A stretch of DNA of 32,000 nucleotides from positions 57,414 to 89,413 of the forward strand of contig NZ_PGGB02000007.1 of NCBI RefSeq assembly GCF_002803295.2, read 5' to 3'. Source of the stretch: Caedibacter taeniospiralis (GTDB lineage: Bacteria; Pseudomonadota; Gammaproteobacteria; Francisellales; Francisellaceae). The number at the start of each line of letters is the position of its first letter. Position 1 is the first letter of the stretch. The translations under genes and the position numbers were made by a program. Below, in pieces: positions 27,728 to 32,000 of the stretch. The notes under the pieces were generated by a model that saw nothing but the letters and a program-made list of their open reading frames with translations, had not been told where the DNA came from and made no database searches.

Positions 27728-27991
27728 AATGGCAACTACCTTAAAAGCTTAACTACCCCGCCTCGCAGGCCTGACCACTTTAAAGTGGTCAGGCAGGCTC
27801 GGCACCCCTTCACTAGTGAAGGGGAATTTTGGAAGCCATCGTAGCTTAATTCCCCTTCGTTAGCGAAGGGGGTGAAAAGCGCCCGAAAGAAGCAAACAGT
27901 TTTGCTTCTTTAGCTTTGAACGCCACAAGCTCTGCGCGTGAGGCTGACGGGGTAGTCTTGACACAGATAAATCATTAAGGTAGTTGCCATT
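27728..27991. ncRNA. 264-nt GC-rich multi-hairpin element closed by a 17-bp perfect inverted repeat (structured RNA or MITE; class unknown)
   Basis: Outer helix: 27728-27744 with 27975-27991. Second helix: 27752-27764 with 27940-27956, with a 4-nt bulge. Internal hairpins lie at 27769-27794, 27805-27824, 27852-27871 and 27886-27911. There is no ORF, and the strand is undetermined. Confidence 0.5.
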
Positions 27992-27993
27992 TT

Positions 27994-29304
27994 TCAATAT
28001 TTGAAAGGCTTTTGGCTCGGGGTATCATTCATAGATTTGAGATACGATATTTTTTGTCCAATTTTTGCCTCAAGCCCCCTATCCGTTGGGTAGTAATATT
28101 GCTGATCAACCCCCACTGGCAAGTAACGCTGCTTAACATAGCCTTCAGCGAAATCATGCGGATATTGATAACTTTGTCCTGTTAATTCACCCGCGGGTTT
28201 TATATTTCTTAGATGCAATGGAACGCTAACATCTACATAGCGTTTTAAATCGCTAAATACGTTTTTATATGCCATATAAGAAGCATTACTTTTGGGAGCA
28301 CAAGCCAGATAAATAGCCGCCTGAATCAAAGGCAATCGACCTTCTGGTAATCCCAGACGCTCATAACACTGCCAGGCATCCAGCGCTAATGTCAAGGCTC
28401 TAGGATCCGCATTACCAATATCCTCTGAAGCAATACATAACATGCGCCTTGCAATAACCAAAGGATCTGCCCCACTTTCGATCATATTAGCTAACCAAAA
28501 AATAGCCGCATCAGGATCTGATCCTCGAACTGACTTATGAAAAGCAGACAGCTGATCATAAAAATAATCGCCCTCTTTATCAAGCTTATGCGCATTTTCA
28601 GTCAACGCAATCGTAAGGAGCTCCTCACCAAGCTCAACTGGCTGTGTGGGCTGCGTCAAGTCCGCCATTAAAAATAACATTTCAAGCACATTTAATGCCT
28701 GCCGACAGTCACCTTTCGCGTAGTGGTAAATCTTCTCAATCACTGCTGTAGGCAAGCTTAAGTCATATTGTGAGAGAACTTCATCATGGATCAGCACATA
28801 TTGTAATAGCTCCCTTATATCCTCAAGTGACAACGGCTTTAGACGCAGCACAGTCAGACGTGATAGCAAAGCATTATTGACAGAGAAAAATGGATTTTCT
28901 GTCGTTGCCCCAATCAATATTAAATCTCCACTTTCTACGTGTGGCAACAAGGCATCTTGTTGTGCTTTGTTAAAGCGGTGAATCTCATCTAAAAATAAAA
29001 TCGTGGATTGCTGATGTTCTATAAAATGCGCTTTTGCCGATTCAACGGCAAGCTTGATGTCTTTCACTCCTGCGCTGACAGCTGATAATTCAATGAATTG
29101 ACATGAAAGCTCATGTGCTAATACTTTGGCTAATGTCGTTTTCCCAACCCCTGGATCACCGTATAAAATCATTGAGACAATGTGCGATTTATCAAGCATC
29201 CTTGCAAGAACTTTTTGCTCAGCCAATAAATGCTTTTGCCCAACATAGTCTTTGATGCTTTTGGGTCGCATTCGATACGCCAGCGGGACGTGAAGTTTAT
29301 TCAT
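27994..29304 (-). CDS. rarA: Replication-associated recombination protein A (MgsA/RarA AAA+ ATPase)
   Basis: Walker A is GDPGVGKTT, and LFLDEIHRFNKAQQDALLP plus the C-terminal MgsA domain are present. The ATG at 29302-29304 is preferred because it is 6 nt from AAGGA. An in-frame ATG at 29310 is also possible. Confidence 0.93.
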   Translation of the reverse strand: MNKLHVPLAYRMRPKSIKDYVGQKHLLAEQKVLARMLDKSHIVSMILYGDPGVGKTTLAKVLAHELSCQFIELSAVSAGVKDIKLAVESAKAHFIEHQQSTILFLDEIHRFNKAQQDALLPHVESGDLILIGATTENPFFSVNNALLSRLTVLRLKPLSLEDIRELLQYVLIHDEVLSQYDLSLPTAVIEKIYHYAKGDCRQALNVLEMLFLMADLTQPTQPVELGEELLTIALTENAHKLDKEGDYFYDQLSAFHKSVRGSDPDAAIFWLANMIESGADPLVIARRMLCIASEDIGNADPRALTLALDAWQCYERLGLPEGRLPLIQAAIYLACAPKSNASYMAYKNVFSDLKRYVDVSVPLHLRNIKPAGELTGQSYQYPHDFAEGYVKQRYLPVGVDQQYYYPTDRGLEAKIGQKISYLKSMNDTPSQKPFKY

Positions 29305-30238
29305 TGGCATCCTTATTTTGTTGGTAATTGTTTACAATCTCGTACAGCATGCCTTCACGTAATGCCCCATCTGACTTTAGCATTTTCTTAATCCCTAGAC
29401 GATTAAAAAGCGCATATAACACACAAAAGCCGCCTGCTAAGATGTTCTCACGATCAGCGCGTAGACCATTAAAGTGAATATTAGCCACCACCTTCTTTTG
29501 CAATAATTCTGCTGCCAGATTCTCTAATACTTCACGCATAATGCTACCATCCGACCAGTTATTAGCCAGAGCCAAATCCGAAATAGAGCGAATGGTCCCC
29601 GATGAACCAAGCACAACTTCCCAGCCTTTTTGAACGTATTCTGCAGCAACAGGGTCAATTAAGCCGTGCGCATAAGTAATGGCCTGGGCAATATTTGACA
29701 AACTTAACAAGCCATCATTAAAAAACTGACTTTGTATGCTGACACAACCCATCTCAAGACTTACTAGTGCTTTTAAATCTTGACCTTTACCAATAACAAG
29801 CTCGGTTGAGCCACCACCAATATCGATAATAAGTGCTTGTTTTTTCCTGGCTTGCGTGACTGATGATGCCCCAACATAGACAAGACGGGCTTCTTCTTCA
29901 CCTGAGATAACTTCAATTTTAGTATTTAAAATGACCTCAGCCTGGCTTAAGAAGTCTTGGATATTTTCTTTCGCTTTTCTTAATGTATAGGTGCCAACAA
30001 CTTTAACTTCATCAACTTGATAGTGTTGAATTGATAAGGCAAAATTCTGTAAACATTCCAAAGCACGCGCTTTTGCGTCATCTGTCAACGCCATATTCTC
30101 GGTAAGTCCAGCCCTAAGCTGTACTTTACTTTTGCCACGATAAAGCTCTTTAATATCACCTTCAGTGGTTACTTCTGAAATAAGCATATGGAAGCTATTA
30201 GAACCTAGATCAATTGTTGCCACTTTTTTACTCGACAT
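29297..30238 (-). CDS. Ppx/GppA-family phosphatase (313 aa, ASKHA N-terminal domains only)
   Basis: VATIDLGSNSFHMLI...IIDIGGGSTELV matches the Ppx/GppA motifs. The protein is too short to include the C-terminal HD domain of full-length Ppx. Confidence 0.85.
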   Translation of the reverse strand: MSSKKVATIDLGSNSFHMLISEVTTEGDIKELYRGKSKVQLRAGLTENMALTDDAKARALECLQNFALSIQHYQVDEVKVVGTYTLRKAKENIQDFLSQAEVILNTKIEVISGEEEARLVYVGASSVTQARKKQALIIDIGGGSTELVIGKGQDLKALVSLEMGCVSIQSQFFNDGLLSLSNIAQAITYAHGLIDPVAAEYVQKGWEVVLGSSGTIRSISDLALANNWSDGSIMREVLENLAAELLQKKVVANIHFNGLRADRENILAGGFCVLYALFNRLGIKKMLKSDGALREGMLYEIVNNYQQNKDANE

Positions 30239-30373
30239 AATATATTACTTTTCCCGATTTTTTCTATCCCTCGGCATAATACCACAGCATATCCAAATGC
30301 AGCCTAAAAAATTAAAATTAATCTCTACACACGATTATTTATCGGGCTTAAATCTCGACTTTGGATAAAACTT

Positions 30374-30432
30374 TTATTTGAATAAATGCAAGGACGTATG
30401 CAATACGCCCCCACACAATGCGTCATTATGGG
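30374..30432 (+). repeat. 59-nt intergenic repeat, copy 2 (hairpin GGACGTAT-GCA-ATACGCCC)
   Basis: See copy 1 at 13834-13892. This copy is in the opposite orientation and matches at 48/59 positions by manual alignment. Confidence 0.8.
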
Positions 30433-30464
30433 CAAGGATATTGTCAATGCCGAAATTTGTAAAA

Positions 30465-31565
30465 TTACGGGGCAATAGTAAGCTGATCCTGTTGCAACAC
30501 ATCTTTAATTGTTAATGCGCCATTATCGAGCCAAAAACGAGTGTCTGGCTTAGCTTGTAAAATAAGTAGTGTCATTAATGGGTGATTCAGTTTAACTAAT
30601 TTGTCATTTTGCACGCGCTTAAATAAATGTTTTCTATGATATAAAACGCCATTCTTATACTCAAACATTGGAGTATAGTTTGACGTTTCCACAGGTCGGG
30701 GAAGGTAATCTATTACACGATATTCCTTAGGCAAGACACCAGTTTGGAAAGCTTTATAAACTTCGTCAACCGACACTTGAACAGCCTCTATCATCATCTC
30801 CAGATTTTGTTTATTTTCTTTATCATATGCTCTAGCATCGCCATATGCCAGCCAAGTTTGGCTTTTACCATCTTTTTTTATGTTATTGGTAACCTCTAAT
30901 CCATATAAATTTTCTTCATTGTGCATTGTTCCAGCCAGTAACCCGCCAACTGTCGTAGAAAATATTTCCAAAGCAAGCTCTTTTCTGGGTGCTCTCAAAT
31001 GACCTGCAGCAAATGTATCTGTTAAAAAATGATTAGCAAAACCATCTTGAGCGTAAGCTAACTCTAGCAACATTCTTTGCTTTGTATTGTTAGTTTCGTT
31101 ATGCGCCGCAATGGCTGTGTCAATTGCAACTGCATGCCCAGCTGCATAAGCTTTAAAAGCGTAGCCTCCATAAGCAAAATGATCCCAGTTAGTTTCACTT
31201 AGCTGCAGCATTCTTCCCTTTGGAATATATGCGCTGATTACAGAGCCACCGCCTGTTGCAATATTGTACTCTTTATTAAGCGTGCTGTTGATTTCTTTAT
31301 ATGCTTTGGATGGTTCTTCACCACGATTTAGAGCATCATTAATCAAGTTTTTTTCTTGTTCAATAATACTCAACAGCTTTGGCACCTCGATTAGTGCACG
31401 CTTTTCCTGAGCCAAAGTATTAAAAGCATTTATAAAACGTTGCTTCCTTTCACTTTCTGTTTTGCCATCAGAGATAGGGACGTCCACAATACCAAAAAAA
31501 TCAGGCATTGCGACAAATTCACCATAAGTAAGCCTAAGCCCATTATAACCATAAAAAGATGGCAA
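30465..31565 (-). CDS. Putative zinc-dependent phospholipase C / P1-nuclease-fold protein (effector-like); the N-terminus is probably disrupted
   Basis: AYAQDGFANHFLTDTFAAGHLRAPR resembles the H..D....H metal motif of Zn-PLC (alpha-toxin HYFGDIDTPYH). The ORF starts only at a TTG with no RBS. A good RBS+ATG at 31829 lies in the same frame but is separated from it by four stop codons. Confidence 0.5.
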   Translation of the reverse strand: MPSFYGYNGLRLTYGEFVAMPDFFGIVDVPISDGKTESERKQRFINAFNTLAQEKRALIEVPKLLSIIEQEKNLINDALNRGEEPSKAYKEINSTLNKEYNIATGGGSVISAYIPKGRMLQLSETNWDHFAYGGYAFKAYAAGHAVAIDTAIAAHNETNNTKQRMLLELAYAQDGFANHFLTDTFAAGHLRAPRKELALEIFSTTVGGLLAGTMHNEENLYGLEVTNNIKKDGKSQTWLAYGDARAYDKENKQNLEMMIEAVQVSVDEVYKAFQTGVLPKEYRVIDYLPRPVETSNYTPMFEYKNGVLYHRKHLFKRVQNDKLVKLNHPLMTLLILQAKPDTRFWLDNGALTIKDVLQQDQLTIAP

Positions 31566-31916
31566 ATTTAAAGGGAGCTTTGATGCTTGCTCTTTCCCAT
31601 TTGGGAAAGATAGCTCAACACTATCTCCAATGATGGTATGTTCACCGCCATCATAACCTAGATATTAAGCCCTTCGTCATTACTCGATAGCATTTTGATT
31701 TTAGACAAATAGACCAACCTGTATCAAAGACACACCTTCTAACAAAAAATATGACTTCGGAATTTTTACCATATCCTTTTCTTCATCGTTTAAAACTTGA
31801 GTTTGTTTCATGTGATAAATTTGATTCATTTTTGGGACTCCTTTTTCATGGATTGAACAGACCACAGAAGTGAACAAAAAAGCTCTTTCACATCCTGCGA
31901 TATGATAGTTATTTGA

Positions 31917-31947
31917 GATTTTTGATTTTTGATTTTTGATTTTTGAT
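31917..31947. repeat. Heptanucleotide microsatellite (GATTTTT)x4 plus a partial unit
   Basis: Units start at 31917, 31924, 31931 and 31938, followed by GAT at 31945-31947. The repeat abuts the left end of GC-rich repeat copy B. Confidence 0.9.
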
Positions 31948-32000
31948 AGGGTGCCTCGGGCCTCATGATAGATTTTGTATATCCATACACAAAATCGAAT
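31946..32000 (+). mobile_element. GC-rich repeat element, copy B (left end only, continues beyond the window)
   Basis: All 55 visible nt are identical to 17234-17288. Confidence 0.6.

Noticed and set aside
27728-27991. Retron msr-msd interpretation of the multi-hairpin element
   Set aside because: Flanking inverted repeats fit a retron, but there is no reverse-transcriptase gene next to the element or anywhere in the window.
31917-31947. The heptamer repeat as a CRISPR array or iterons
   Set aside because: The units are contiguous 7-mers without spacers. There is no cas or rep gene nearby.

Overview
This is a 32-kb chromosomal window from an AT-rich gammaproteobacterium. Gene content and repeat vocabulary look Legionellales/Legionella-like, which is inference only. 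Left part (1-6.6 kb): an Rpn-type PD-(D/E)XK nuclease gene with a 21-nt tandem-repeat tail, small secreted proteins, and a giant repeat-rich lipoprotein gene. A single in-frame TGA separates that gene from its DUF1554-like C-terminal domain. Core block (6.6-16.8 kb): accA, an MFS transporter, tldD, yciO, yciB, a zinc-finger ORF, waaF, a secreted chorismate mutase, luxS, epmB, efp and orn. Accessory island (about 16.8-28.0 kb, between orn and rarA): it opens with decayed IS1595 and IS256 transposase fragments, and a GC-rich ORF-less element sits inside the IS1595 remnant. A second copy of that element starts at the right edge of the window. The island then holds a very AT-rich YopT/C58-like cysteine-protease candidate (effector-like), an AraC/GyrI regulator and a REP-like 32-bp perfect inverted repeat. 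Next come an aminoglycoside-phosphotransferase-family pseudogene broken by a GIY-YIG remnant, a GNAT gene and a BrnT/BrnA-like toxin-antitoxin pair. A tightly coupled operon follows: SDR, AAC(6')-like GNAT+GNAT, GNAT+NTF2-like, DUF1016 nuclease, AAC(6')-like GNAT+GNAT. The island ends in a 264-nt GC-rich multi-hairpin element closed by a 17-bp perfect inverted repeat. Right part: rarA, a Ppx/GppA-family gene and a disrupted zinc-phospholipase-C-like gene preceded by a GATTTTT microsatellite. No rRNA, tRNA or CRISPR array was recognised by eye. All homology calls come from motif recognition in the translations, not from database searches.
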